A DNA stretch of 64,000 nt from Candidatus Beckwithbacteria bacterium GW2011_GWC1_49_16 (GTDB taxonomy: Bacteria > Patescibacteriota > Microgenomatia > UBA1400 > CG1-02-47-37). Made by a program: the position numbers and the translations under genes. The notes under the pieces were generated by a model. That model searched no databases. It saw only the letters and a list, made by a program, of their open reading frames with translations, and had not been told where the DNA came from. Position 1 is the first letter of the stretch. Each line of letters starts with the position of its first letter. The stretch is from NCBI GenBank assembly GCA_001029675.1, contig CP011210.1:777280-841279 (forward strand), given 5' to 3'. Positions 46,927-55,265 of this stretch are shown here, piece after piece.

Positions 46927-48318
46927 ATGAAGCTTGAGTTGCCGGCTTCGGTAAAAAAAGTCTTAAAGACTTTAGCTGATGCCGGATTTGAAGTTTATAT
47001 TGTGGGCGGGGCGGTGAGGGATATTTTGACCGAAACTGCCGTCACCGACTGGGACTTTACCACTGACGCTAGGCCTGAGGAAATTACCAAGCTTTTTCCT
47101 GACGCTTTTTACGACAACGTCTTTGGCACGGTGGGGGTGGCGGAAGAACACCTCGGAGGCAAAGGCGAGGGTGTTTATGAAATCACTACCTTTAGAACTG
47201 AAAGTGGCTATTCTGATCGCAGACGCCCGGACCAGGTCACTTGGGGCAAATCTTTAGAAGAGGACTTGAAGAGGCGTGACTTTACCATCAATGCCATGGC
47301 TTTGAAAATCCGAAATCCGAAATCCGAAATCCGAAAAAAATTTGAGGCGGAAGTGGTGGATCCTTTTAGGGGAGAAGCCGACCTGCAAAGCAGGTTAATC
47401 CGGGCGGTGGGAGACGCCAACAAAAGGTTTAAGGAAGATGCTTTGCGGATGATGCGGGCGATCAGGATTGGGGCGCAGTTAAAGTTTGCCATTGAAGCGA
47501 AAACTTTGGCGGCGATCAAAAAAGATAGCCGGCTAATTGGTGAAATTGCCGCCGAAAGGATCAGAGACGAACTTTTGAAAATAATCGCCTCCCCTTATCC
47601 TAAGGAAGGAATTTTGCTGATGGCCAACAGCGGATTACTGGCTCAAGTTTTGCCGGAAATAATTCCCATGCGCGGGGTCCAGCAAGGCGGGCACCACACT
47701 AAAGACGTCTGGAATCACTCTTTGGATTCTTTGGCGGCTTGCCCCTCGCCGGACCCGATGGTGAGGCTGGCGACGCTACTTCATGACGTCGGTAAACCTC
47801 AAGTCAAAAAAGACCGGGGACGGGGCAAGGAAATTACTTTTTACAACCACGAGGTGGTGGGGGCGCGGATGACCAAGGTAATTGCCGAAAGACTCAAACT
47901 GTCTAAAAAACAAAAAAATTTGTTGTGGATCCTGGTACGCTGGCACATGTTTGCTTATGAACCGCAGATGACCGACAAGGCTGTAAGACGCTTTATCCGC
48001 CGGGTGGGCCGTGACAATATTAACAAGATGATGATGCTACGAATCGGCGACCGGGTGGGCGGCGGCACCAAGGCTACCTCCTGGAGATTGAGGGAGCTGC
48101 AAGAGCGGATCGGTCAGGTGCTTTACAGCCCGATGGAAATCAAGGACTTAAAGGTGAACGGCCGCGATGTAATGAAGATTTTGGAAATTAAGTCGGGGCC
48201 AAAGGTGGGTGAAATTCTAAAGAAGCTGTTTGACGAGGTGATGGAAGACGCCGGCAAAAACAAGCGCGAGTACTTGCTGAAGCGGATTAAGCAACTCTAT
48301 CACACACCGGGTGTGTGA
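46927..48318 (+). CDS. cca: CCA tRNA nucleotidyltransferase with HD domain
   Basis: VGGAVRD, DWD, EITTFR, RRDFTINAMA, EDALRMMRA, LLHDVGKP. Confidence 0.92.
   Translation: MKLELPASVKKVLKTLADAGFEVYIVGGAVRDILTETAVTDWDFTTDARPEEITKLFPDAFYDNVFGTVGVAEEHLGGKGEGVYEITTFRTESGYSDRRRPDQVTWGKSLEEDLKRRDFTINAMALKIRNPKSEIRKKFEAEVVDPFRGEADLQSRLIRAVGDANKRFKEDALRMMRAIRIGAQLKFAIEAKTLAAIKKDSRLIGEIAAERIRDELLKIIASPYPKEGILLMANSGLLAQVLPEIIPMRGVQQGGHHTKDVWNHSLDSLAACPSPDPMVRLATLLHDVGKPQVKKDRGRGKEITFYNHEVVGARMTKVIAERLKLSKKQKNLLWILVRWHMFAYEPQMTDKAVRRFIRRVGRDNINKMMMLRIGDRVGGGTKATSWRLRELQERIGQVLYSPMEIKDLKVNGRDVMKILEIKSGPKVGEILKKLFDEVMEDAGKNKREYLLKRIKQLYHTPGV
47306..47336 (+). repeat. Heptamer tandem repeat inside cca
   Basis: Four perfect AAATCCG units followed by AAA, encoding KIRNPKSEIRK. 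Confidence 0.9.
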
Positions 48319-48321
48319 TAG
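48294..48321. repeat. REP-like palindrome, copy 1
   Basis: CTATCACACAC-CGG-GTGTGTGATAG; contains the cca stop codon. Confidence 0.92.
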
Positions 48322-48327
48322 GAGTCA

Positions 48328-49017
48328 CTACCCTGCCTCGGGTTCTTCAAGCAATAAATTTTTAATCCTGGCTAATTCTCTTTGGTAGTCTGCCTGACCA
48401 GAAACAAAGTCCTCGTAACCAGAATTACCCTTAAAATAACTTAATACCAAGTCTTTCTGGCAAAGATTATTTTCAGCTGAACCCAAGTATTCCGGTAATG
48501 AAGAGTGGGGATATTTTTTTAATTCGGTAATCGATTTAACTATTCCGGCGCTATAAGGATTTAAATGAATATATCGGGAAACATGGAGCAGTTGCTCTTC
48601 AGTTTCGACCCTAACCGATTTAAATCTACCTTGGAAAAGAGGTCCGATACGCTTATTTTTAGTGTTGAAATAATGGGCATAACTCTCTGAAAACTTACGA
48701 ATAAATTCTGAAATTCCGTTGTCGGACACTTGCTTCAACAATAAATGAAAATGATTAGGCATGAGGCAGTAGCAGATAATCTCAACTAAATAATTTTTGG
48801 TTTGCTTTAATTGCGATAGTTTTTCAACTTTGGCAGACTGCGGTAAACGAGAAAAGTAAGAATAACGTAACGGTGGGGCCGCGTGTTGATAATATAGCAT
48901 TGCTTCTAAAAAGCGGTTATAGTGGCGACCGTTAACAAAAATTGGCATCGAGGCCACGCCTCGATTAATAATGTGATAAATTTCTCCTGTCACTGAAGGG
49001 TCTTTCCTAGGCGGCAT
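48328..49017 (-). mobile_element. REP-associated tyrosine transposase (RAYT, Y1/HUH family)
   Basis: YHIINRG, YCLMPNHFHLLL (HUH), GPLFQGRFKS, RYIHLNP (catalytic Tyr), Y.HSS; probable start ATG at 49017. Confidence 0.92.
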
Positions 49018-49024
49018 TAACTCT

Positions 49025-49050
49025 ACTCTATCACACACCGGGTGTGTGAT
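49025..49050. repeat. REP-like palindrome, copy 2
   Basis: ACTCTATCACACACCGGGTGTGTGAT, identical to 48294-48319; contains the secF stop codon. Confidence 0.92.
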
Positions 49051-49921
49051 GTTTGGTTTTAAGCTGCTCCCATAAAACTAATAGAGGGGCGGCGGTAAAG
49101 GTAGATGAGTAAGTGCCGGAGATGGTGCCGATAAGAAGAGTAGCGATAAACCACTTGATGGTGTCCCCGCCCAAAAGGAATAAACTCATCAGCATAAAGA
49201 TTATGGTCAGCGAGTTGTTGATGGAGCGGGCCAGAGTTTGAGTGATCGCCTGGTTGACGACTGAAGCAAAATCTGCCTTGGGCTGGGTTTTAAGATTTTC
49301 CCGAATTCTGTCGTAAACGACGATGGTGTCGTGGACAGAAAAGGAGAGGATGGTGAGAAGAGCGGTGACAAAGAGGGCGTCGACCTCGACGCCGTAAGCG
49401 TAACCCAAGAAACTGAAGCTGCCTAAAATGATAAAAGTATCGTGGAGCATGGCTAAAATGGCACAGACGCCGTATTTTTTGTCCTTAAAGCGAAAGGTAA
49501 CGTAGGCCAGGATGAAACCGGCGGCAAGCAAAAGGCTAACCAGAGTTTTTTTGATCAATTCTTGTCCCAGGGTGGGGCCGATGGTGGCAAAACGCTTTTC
49601 GGTGACGGGCGCGTCAAGCTCGGCCGATAAAAGCTGTTGGAGTTTTAAACTTTGGCTTTGGTCGATGGGGTGGCTTCGCAGTAAAAACGAATTGGGGCCG
49701 GTTTGCTGAAGGCTGGCTAGGTTGATTTGGGGTTCTAGAACCGCTTTGACTTGGGACAGAGTGGCCGACCGGCTGGCGCTAAGTTCGACTTCCAGAAGAG
49801 TGCCGCCGGTAAAGTCGACGGCGGGCTTTAAGCCGAAACGAACCAGAAAATAGGCGCCGGAGAGAATAAAGATGGCGGAAATGAGAAAGTAAACTAGGCG
49901 GTATTTTAAAAAGTTAATCAT
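49031..49921 (-). CDS. secF: Protein translocase subunit SecF
   Basis: DFTGGT, IGPTLG.EL, SVHDTIVVYDRIREN, GTYSS. Confidence 0.96.
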   Translation of the reverse strand: MINFLKYRLVYFLISAIFILSGAYFLVRFGLKPAVDFTGGTLLEVELSASRSATLSQVKAVLEPQINLASLQQTGPNSFLLRSHPIDQSQSLKLQQLLSAELDAPVTEKRFATIGPTLGQELIKKTLVSLLLAAGFILAYVTFRFKDKKYGVCAILAMLHDTFIILGSFSFLGYAYGVEVDALFVTALLTILSFSVHDTIVVYDRIRENLKTQPKADFASVVNQAITQTLARSINNSLTIIFMLMSLFLLGGDTIKWFIATLLIGTISGTYSSTFTAAPLLVLWEQLKTKHHTPGV

Positions 49922-51224
49922 GTTTTAATAAAAATGTTCTCATCAAGGTGCGGGTGACGACGATGCCGGTAAACAAGCTGATGACGACGCCTAAGAAAAG
50001 AGTCAAGGCGAAGCCGCGGACCGGGCCGGAAGTATTAAGCCAGTTTAAGTTTAAAGGGTTTAGCAAAACCAGGCTGGTGATGATGGTGGCGACGTTGGCG
50101 TCTTTGATCGAGTCCCAAGCGCGGCCGAAACCTAATTCTAAAGCGACGGCAAAGGGGCGATCGGCGCGCAGCTCTTCTTTTAATCGTTCAAAAATCAGGA
50201 TGTTTGAATCCACCGCCATGCCGACGGAGAGAATGAAGCCGGCAATGCCGGGCAGAGTCAGGGTGACGGGGATGAGCTTGTAGATTGACAAAGTGATCAG
50301 GCCATAGATGACCAAGGCGACGTCGGCCAAAAAGCCGTTGACGCCGTAGAGGCCGATCATGAACAGCATCACCAACCCCAAGCCGACGACGCCGGCGGTG
50401 AGGCTTTTTTGGATCGAGTCTGAACCCAAGGTGGCGGAGACGTTTTCCTGCTCGATAACCTTAATCGGTACGGGCAGGGCGCCGGCGTTTAGCTGGATGG
50501 AAAGCTTGGCGGCGGCTTCGGGGGTGAAGCTGCCGGAAATGACGGCTTGGCCGTTTAAGATGGGTTCGTTGACGATGGGGGCGGTGACTAATTGGTCGTC
50601 CAAGAAAATAGCCAAGGGCTGGCCGACGTTGCTTTGGGTTAACCGGGCAAATTTTTGACTCCCTTCGGGAGTAAACTCCAAGGACACCACCGGCTGGTTG
50701 ACGCCTTGCTCCCCCGGAGAGTAAGTCACGGCCGATTTTTTTAAGTCTTTACCGGTAAGATCAGTAGAGACAAAAATCAGTTTGCCTCCGGGTGAAGCTA
50801 CCTCGTCATCAAGGCCGTCAGAAACCAACTGACGAAAATCAAGCTGGGCGGTCTGGCCGATGAGGTCGACAGCTTGATTAACGTCTCTGATGCCGGGGAG
50901 TTCGACGATGAGACGAAAGCTTTCGGCGCTAGTGGCGGTTTGGATAGTGGGCTCGGTGACGCCGTAAAGGTCGACGCGGCGGGCGATGACTTCCCGGGCC
51001 GACTCCAGCGCGGTGGCTTTGTCTTCCGGGGCGATATCTTTCATGTCGGCGTCTAAAACCAGGTGAGTGCCGCCTTGAAGATCGAGGCCTAAGCGGAGGT
51101 TTAGGTCACGAACAAATTTATAAGGTCCAAGACTCAAGTTGATCCCGGGGAAACGGGGCAGATTTAAGAGAATGGCTAAACCAGTAAGCAAGGAAATGAA
51201 AAAAAGGCGGCGGCGGTTGACCAT
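49914..51224 (-). CDS. secD: Protein translocase subunit SecD
   Basis: LGLDLQGG, GALPVP, GMAVDSNILIFER. Confidence 0.96.
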   Translation of the reverse strand: MVNRRRLFFISLLTGLAILLNLPRFPGINLSLGPYKFVRDLNLRLGLDLQGGTHLVLDADMKDIAPEDKATALESAREVIARRVDLYGVTEPTIQTATSAESFRLIVELPGIRDVNQAVDLIGQTAQLDFRQLVSDGLDDEVASPGGKLIFVSTDLTGKDLKKSAVTYSPGEQGVNQPVVSLEFTPEGSQKFARLTQSNVGQPLAIFLDDQLVTAPIVNEPILNGQAVISGSFTPEAAAKLSIQLNAGALPVPIKVIEQENVSATLGSDSIQKSLTAGVVGLGLVMLFMIGLYGVNGFLADVALVIYGLITLSIYKLIPVTLTLPGIAGFILSVGMAVDSNILIFERLKEELRADRPFAVALELGFGRAWDSIKDANVATIITSLVLLNPLNLNWLNTSGPVRGFALTLFLGVVISLFTGIVVTRTLMRTFLLKHD

Positions 51225-51227
51225 GGC

Positions 51228-51422
51228 TTAGTTTGACTTTTTTGCCAGCGAACCGGTAAGTGATAATTGCTTGGCACCTTTGAAACCGTAAATTATCTGG
51301 CCGGTTTCTAAAATGGTTTTGACCGAGACCGAGTCACCTTTGGTGACGCCCACAGCCTTGACAAACTGGGAGGGAACGGTGACTCCCAGGCTGTTGCCGA
51401 CCTTGATCACTTTTTGCTTCAT
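51228..51422 (-). CDS. AbrB/MazE-family DNA-binding protein
   Basis: KVIKVGNSLGVTVP....GVTKGD. Confidence 0.8.
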   Translation of the reverse strand: MKQKVIKVGNSLGVTVPSQFVKAVGVTKGDSVSVKTILETGQIIYGFKGAKQLSLTGSLAKKSN

Positions 51423-51426
51423 AAAA

Positions 51427-52011
51427 TCAACCGACCATCTCTTCTTCGTCGCCTACCAGCATCACCCGGCCGCCGGCAAAGATGGTCGATAAAAACGGGT
51501 CGCGGCGCGATTTTCTGAATTTGAATTCCTCAAAAGTCATCGGGGCGTAGTTTATCTCCTTTTCTCTTTCCGACTCGGCTTGGCGGATGAGTCTGGTCAA
51601 GGGTGCCGGATCAATGGTGCCGACGATTAACAAATCGATGTCTTCGGCTGATTTTCTGGGCATGTGGCGGGCGTAGCGGCCGGAAAGAAGTGCAAACTTG
51701 ACGTTGCCTAATTTGTTTTTGTGTTTGATGATAGCCACACCCAAGCCGGTGGTCTTGGCGACCAGGCTGATTAAGTCTTGGTAGTAGGCGTAGCTTTTGT
51801 TAAAGTGGTAGTAGAGGCGGTTGCCGCGGGGTTCTTTTTTGACCATACCCCTGTCTTCCATGCGCTTAAGCTCTCTTCTGACGGCGTTTATTTCTTCACC
51901 AGTAAGTCTCACCAGTTGGCGGACGTAAAAGATTTCCTGGGGCTGGCCTAAAAAGGTTTTAATTAGTTTGGCTCTGACCCTTGATACTAACAAGTCTTGA
52001 AGTTTAGCCAT
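51427..52011 (-). CDS. Winged-HTH plus degenerate minimal nucleotidyltransferase-like protein
   Basis: YVRQLVRLTGEEINAVRREL HTH; DIDLLIVG. Confidence 0.7.
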   Translation of the reverse strand: MAKLQDLLVSRVRAKLIKTFLGQPQEIFYVRQLVRLTGEEINAVRRELKRMEDRGMVKKEPRGNRLYYHFNKSYAYYQDLISLVAKTTGLGVAIIKHKNKLGNVKFALLSGRYARHMPRKSAEDIDLLIVGTIDPAPLTRLIRQAESEREKEINYAPMTFEEFKFRKSRRDPFLSTIFAGGRVMLVGDEEEMVG

Positions 52012-52034
52012 ATGGCTTCCTTCTGGGCAGAAGT

Positions 52035-53225
52035 CTAATAGTCAACTTGAGTGCCGATAGGCAAGACGGAAATCCAAATCTTGCCGGGATTAAAGGCAAT
52101 TTCTTTGCCTGATTCATCGTAAAAAATGGTCCGACTCAAGCGGCTTGACTTGGCCCAAGAACCCTCGACGGTCTTGCCGTCGATAACAATCAGGGCCTTG
52201 CCGGTACCGGTAGTACCGTAGACTAAATGGACGTTGCCGGGGTAACCGTCGTTGGCGTTTCTTTCACTAGCAAACTGGATCACCACGTTTTTGGCGGTGA
52301 GTTGTTGATCTAAGTTTAGATCTTGGTGGGGCTGGCCCCCGTTGAAGCGCTTGAAAAAATTTCCTTCCTTGTCGTACTGCCAGGAAACTTCGTAGGCGGA
52401 ATCGTCCCAGAAGTTGTAGTCGATGCTGGTGAGATCACCCCGGTCGGCAAAGTCAGCCTCGTCGGCGGTAAACTCCCAGGGCTTGAAAGCGTCGGACCAC
52501 TGCTCACCTTCGGGACCCTCACTGGTGTAGCCGCGCTTTTTACCCACGGCCCAGAGCTTCTCGGTCGTAGAATACATGGTGTGCTCGGTGGCCACCGTCC
52601 GGCCTAAGCGTTCGTAGTCACGCCAGAAAGTGGGAAAACCGATGGAGAATTGGTTTAGGTCGTTGGCCGCGCTCCAGCCGTAAGTGGTGATTTGGCCCAA
52701 AGCGTTGGCCGGGCCGGGAGTGTTGGCGCCGCCGACGTGGACGTACAAAGGAAAGTTGTATTCCGAAGCCCAGTCTAAGAAATAAGTCCGGGCGCTTCGG
52801 ACCGGGCCCAAGATCAACTCGTAAGCGGCGGCCTGGCAGTAGTAAAGACCCATGAAGCGGGTGATGCCGCCTTCGGCAACGGCCTCGTAAACGATGTCGG
52901 CGTCAGTTAAGCCCGATTGAGGACGGGACTCCTCGTGGTTTTCGATCATCACCGCCAAGGGCCTTCTGGTTTCCCAAACGTTTTTCTCCGCCTTGGTAAA
53001 TTTGGCGCCGTTTAGAAGACAAGTTTCGTTTTTGGGGCCGGTAATGTCGATTAAAGCTTTGCGGTCGGCTGATTCTTCCCCTTCTTCTTGCCCAGCGGGT
53101 AAAGGCGAGGTAAAGATCGAGCCGCGGGCAAGCGCAGTAAAGGCGCCGTAAGAAATACCGGTGGCAAGAAGATATATGCCCAAACCGGCTAAAATATAGA
53201 GAATCTTTTTTCTTTTATTTGGCAT
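52035..53225 (-). CDS. DUF3048-family membrane-anchored protein
   Basis: RPLAVMIEN..RPQSGL..ADIVYE..AEGGITR..GPVRSAR. Confidence 0.85.
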   Translation of the reverse strand: MPNKRKKILYILAGLGIYLLATGISYGAFTALARGSIFTSPLPAGQEEGEESADRKALIDITGPKNETCLLNGAKFTKAEKNVWETRRPLAVMIENHEESRPQSGLTDADIVYEAVAEGGITRFMGLYYCQAAAYELILGPVRSARTYFLDWASEYNFPLYVHVGGANTPGPANALGQITTYGWSAANDLNQFSIGFPTFWRDYERLGRTVATEHTMYSTTEKLWAVGKKRGYTSEGPEGEQWSDAFKPWEFTADEADFADRGDLTSIDYNFWDDSAYEVSWQYDKEGNFFKRFNGGQPHQDLNLDQQLTAKNVVIQFASERNANDGYPGNVHLVYGTTGTGKALIVIDGKTVEGSWAKSSRLSRTIFYDESGKEIAFNPGKIWISVLPIGTQVDY

Positions 53226-53676
53226 CTTCTATGGCGCGTTTTTCTTCTTTTGATAATTCGTAGCCACTGCCTTCGCCGTTTTTGACGGCTTTGGCGTAAA
53301 ACCGGGTGGTGTCACGCGAATGTAAAGAGCTTAGCACAAAACCGGTATCGTTTGCATCAAGTAAAGCCAAACAGAAGCTTTGGTCGCCGCCGGTGGCGGG
53401 AAAAGGGTTGAAGCGAACAAAGCCGACTTTCTGGATGTGAGTCTTTAACTTCTTTTGCTGGGCGGCGATTTGACCTTGTAATTCTTCCACTTGTTTTTGG
53501 TTCTGGTTTAACTGGGTCATGATCGATGATAAAACGGTTTTTAAGTCTTTTTGGGAAACGTTTTTGGTCAGTTTTTTGTAGTGGAGGCTGGACTGGAAGA
53601 TAAGCGCGGTCAGAATAATCACCCAAACTAAAAGGGCCAGAGCCAGCCACTGAATAATTTCCGGATTGAGTACCAT
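53215..53676 (-). CDS. DUF4446-family protein
   Basis: TM helix, coiled coil, QKVGFVRFNPF..GGDQSF..LSKEE. Confidence 0.8.
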   Translation of the reverse strand: MVLNPEIIQWLALALLVWVIILTALIFQSSLHYKKLTKNVSQKDLKTVLSSIMTQLNQNQKQVEELQGQIAAQQKKLKTHIQKVGFVRFNPFPATGGDQSFCLALLDANDTGFVLSSLHSRDTTRFYAKAVKNGEGSGYELSKEEKRAIEDAK

Positions 53677-53756
53677 CTGTCCCCTGATTGTCGGTGATTT
53701 AACAGGGTTTGTCAACTGACTTTTCCCGCCACATTCCCGCCACTTTAAGCGCCTCT

Positions 53757-54038
53757 TTAAACTTCGTATTTACCACTACCGAAAACAAGTTTCTCCATAG
53801 TATTAAGTTTCCACCACTCCGCTGTTGTCTTGCCAACTACGTGGGCAACATCATCTATAACCATGTCTACTGTTTCTTGATCTCCGTTTAACAAACCAGA
53901 AACTAGCAACCTGTTCCTAGAGGCAACCCACTCAAGAGGATTTTCTCGTAAAAAGATCCTGCTGGCTTGAGACATTGGCGAGTCAGGAAAATCTGCTAAA
54001 AACTCCTGTGCTCTCTTCATGGCGGAACCTTTTTCCAT
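53757..54038 (-). CDS. Hypothetical protein
   Basis: 93-aa ORF with TATAAT 6 nt upstream of ATG. Confidence 0.55.
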   Translation of the reverse strand: MEKGSAMKRAQEFLADFPDSPMSQASRIFLRENPLEWVASRNRLLVSGLLNGDQETVDMVIDDVAHVVGKTTAEWWKLNTMEKLVFGSGKYEV

Positions 54039-54066
54039 GGCCGAATTATACTATAATTAATAAGCC

Positions 54067-54312
54067 ATGGCCAAAAGAAGAACCAGGGAACAAAAAATAA
54101 AAGCCAAACAGAGGCTGGTCTACAGCCTGCCGGAAGCAGCGGAAGAGGCGGAGGAAGTTAAGGCCGAGGCGACGGAAACGGCCGAGCCGATGGAGACAAA
54201 TCAGGAGCAAAGACGGCTGGTTTTAGGCGACCTGAAACGAACCGGAGTGATTTTTTTGGTGATGCTAGCGCTTCTGGCCGCGGCTTACTGGTTTCTTAAC
54301 ATCACACCTTAG
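54067..54312 (+). CDS. Small protein with C-terminal TM helix
   Basis: Basic N-terminus and TM helix; stop codon lies in the loop of palindrome copy 3. Confidence 0.7.
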   Translation: MAKRRTREQKIKAKQRLVYSLPEAAEEAEEVKAEATETAEPMETNQEQRRLVLGDLKRTGVIFLVMLALLAAAYWFLNITP

Positions 54313-54325
54313 AGGTGTGATAGGG
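54301..54325. repeat. REP-like palindrome, copy 3 (variant)
   Basis: ATCACACCT-TAG-AGGTGTGAT-AGGG. Confidence 0.75.
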
Positions 54326-54341
54326 ATGATAGAAAATGACT

Positions 54342-55202
54342 TTATTTTTTAATTACCTGGTAAATGCTAAACAAAATCAGCCCGCCGCCGAAGGCTTGAG
54401 CCAAGGTGAGAGTTTCTTGGAGCAAGGCCATTGATAAAGCAGTAGAAACAATCGGGTATGATAAAGCGGTAACGGCTGACTGGGAAGGACCGATGGTGTC
54501 GACGGCTTTGTACCAGAAAATTAAAGCAGCCCAGATGAACACGCCGGAAACAATCACCCAAAAGCCGATGCTGGGATTGATGCTGGGGAAACCACCAAGA
54601 AAAAAGGCAGAAACGACCAAGGCAATGGCCCCAATGACATTTCTTAAATAAGAAAATAACTCGCCGCCGGTCTCTCTGATAGGCAATTTGGATAGGGCGT
54701 TGTTAAAGCTAAAGATAACGCTGGAGATAATGATGAGAAAATCCCCTAACTTGGGAACGACTCTACCCAAACCTACGGTTAACAGGTAGACACCGACAAC
54801 CATTATAAGAATAAACCAATATTTTCTTTTAGAAAATTTTTCTCTTAAAAGAAGCGAACTAAAAGGCAAAACTAGAAACAATGATAAGGTAACTAAAAAA
54901 CCGGCGTTGATGGCGGTAGTAAATCTTTGACCCCAGAAGAGAAAAAAGTAAGCCACCGCACCGGAACCGACACCGACAACTAAAATCTGCCACCAGGATG
55001 CTCGGGAAATTCCCTTAAGCTTCGAGAATGATTTAATAATAAAGGGCAGACCGAGTAAGGCGGCAACACTAGTGGCCACAGTGGTGTACTGGAAAGAAGT
55101 TAATGAAGAGGTGTTTAAGCCGATCTTGTTGACTACCAAGCTGGCGCCAAAAATTACAGCAGAAAGAAAACCGTAAGTGTAGTTTCTGAAAACACCAGTC
55201 AT
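54342..55202 (-). CDS. EamA/DMT-family transporter
   Basis: About 10 TM segments, TTAINAGFL, LLREK, IGPSQSA. Confidence 0.87.
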   Translation of the reverse strand: MTGVFRNYTYGFLSAVIFGASLVVNKIGLNTSSLTSFQYTTVATSVAALLGLPFIIKSFSKLKGISRASWWQILVVGVGSGAVAYFFLFWGQRFTTAINAGFLVTLSLFLVLPFSSLLLREKFSKRKYWFILIMVVGVYLLTVGLGRVVPKLGDFLIIISSVIFSFNNALSKLPIRETGGELFSYLRNVIGAIALVVSAFFLGGFPSINPSIGFWVIVSGVFIWAALIFWYKAVDTIGPSQSAVTALSYPIVSTALSMALLQETLTLAQAFGGGLILFSIYQVIKK

Positions 55203-55234
55203 CTACTAATTCTATCAGAAACTTGTTTTCAATA

Positions 55235-55259
55235 ATCACATACCGGGTGTGTGATAGGG
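55235..55259. repeat. REP-like palindrome, copy 4
   Basis: ATCACATAC-CGG-GTGTGTGAT-AGGG, one mismatch to the copy 1 core. Confidence 0.88.
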
Positions 55260-55265
55260 GTGGGG

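Noticed and set aside
48328-49017. IS200/IS605 insertion sequence
   Set aside because: The protein is longer than IS200 TnpA, has the RAYT-type NP motif and C-terminal extension, and has no tnpB partner
48294-49050. Palindromes as simple intrinsic terminators
   Set aside because: No adjacent T-tract on most copies, they are repeated identically around a RAYT gene, and they overlap coding sequence; a secondary termination role is not excluded
48294-55259. Palindromic repeats as a CRISPR array
   Set aside because: Copies are separated by whole genes rather than 30-40 bp spacers, and there are no cas genes in the window
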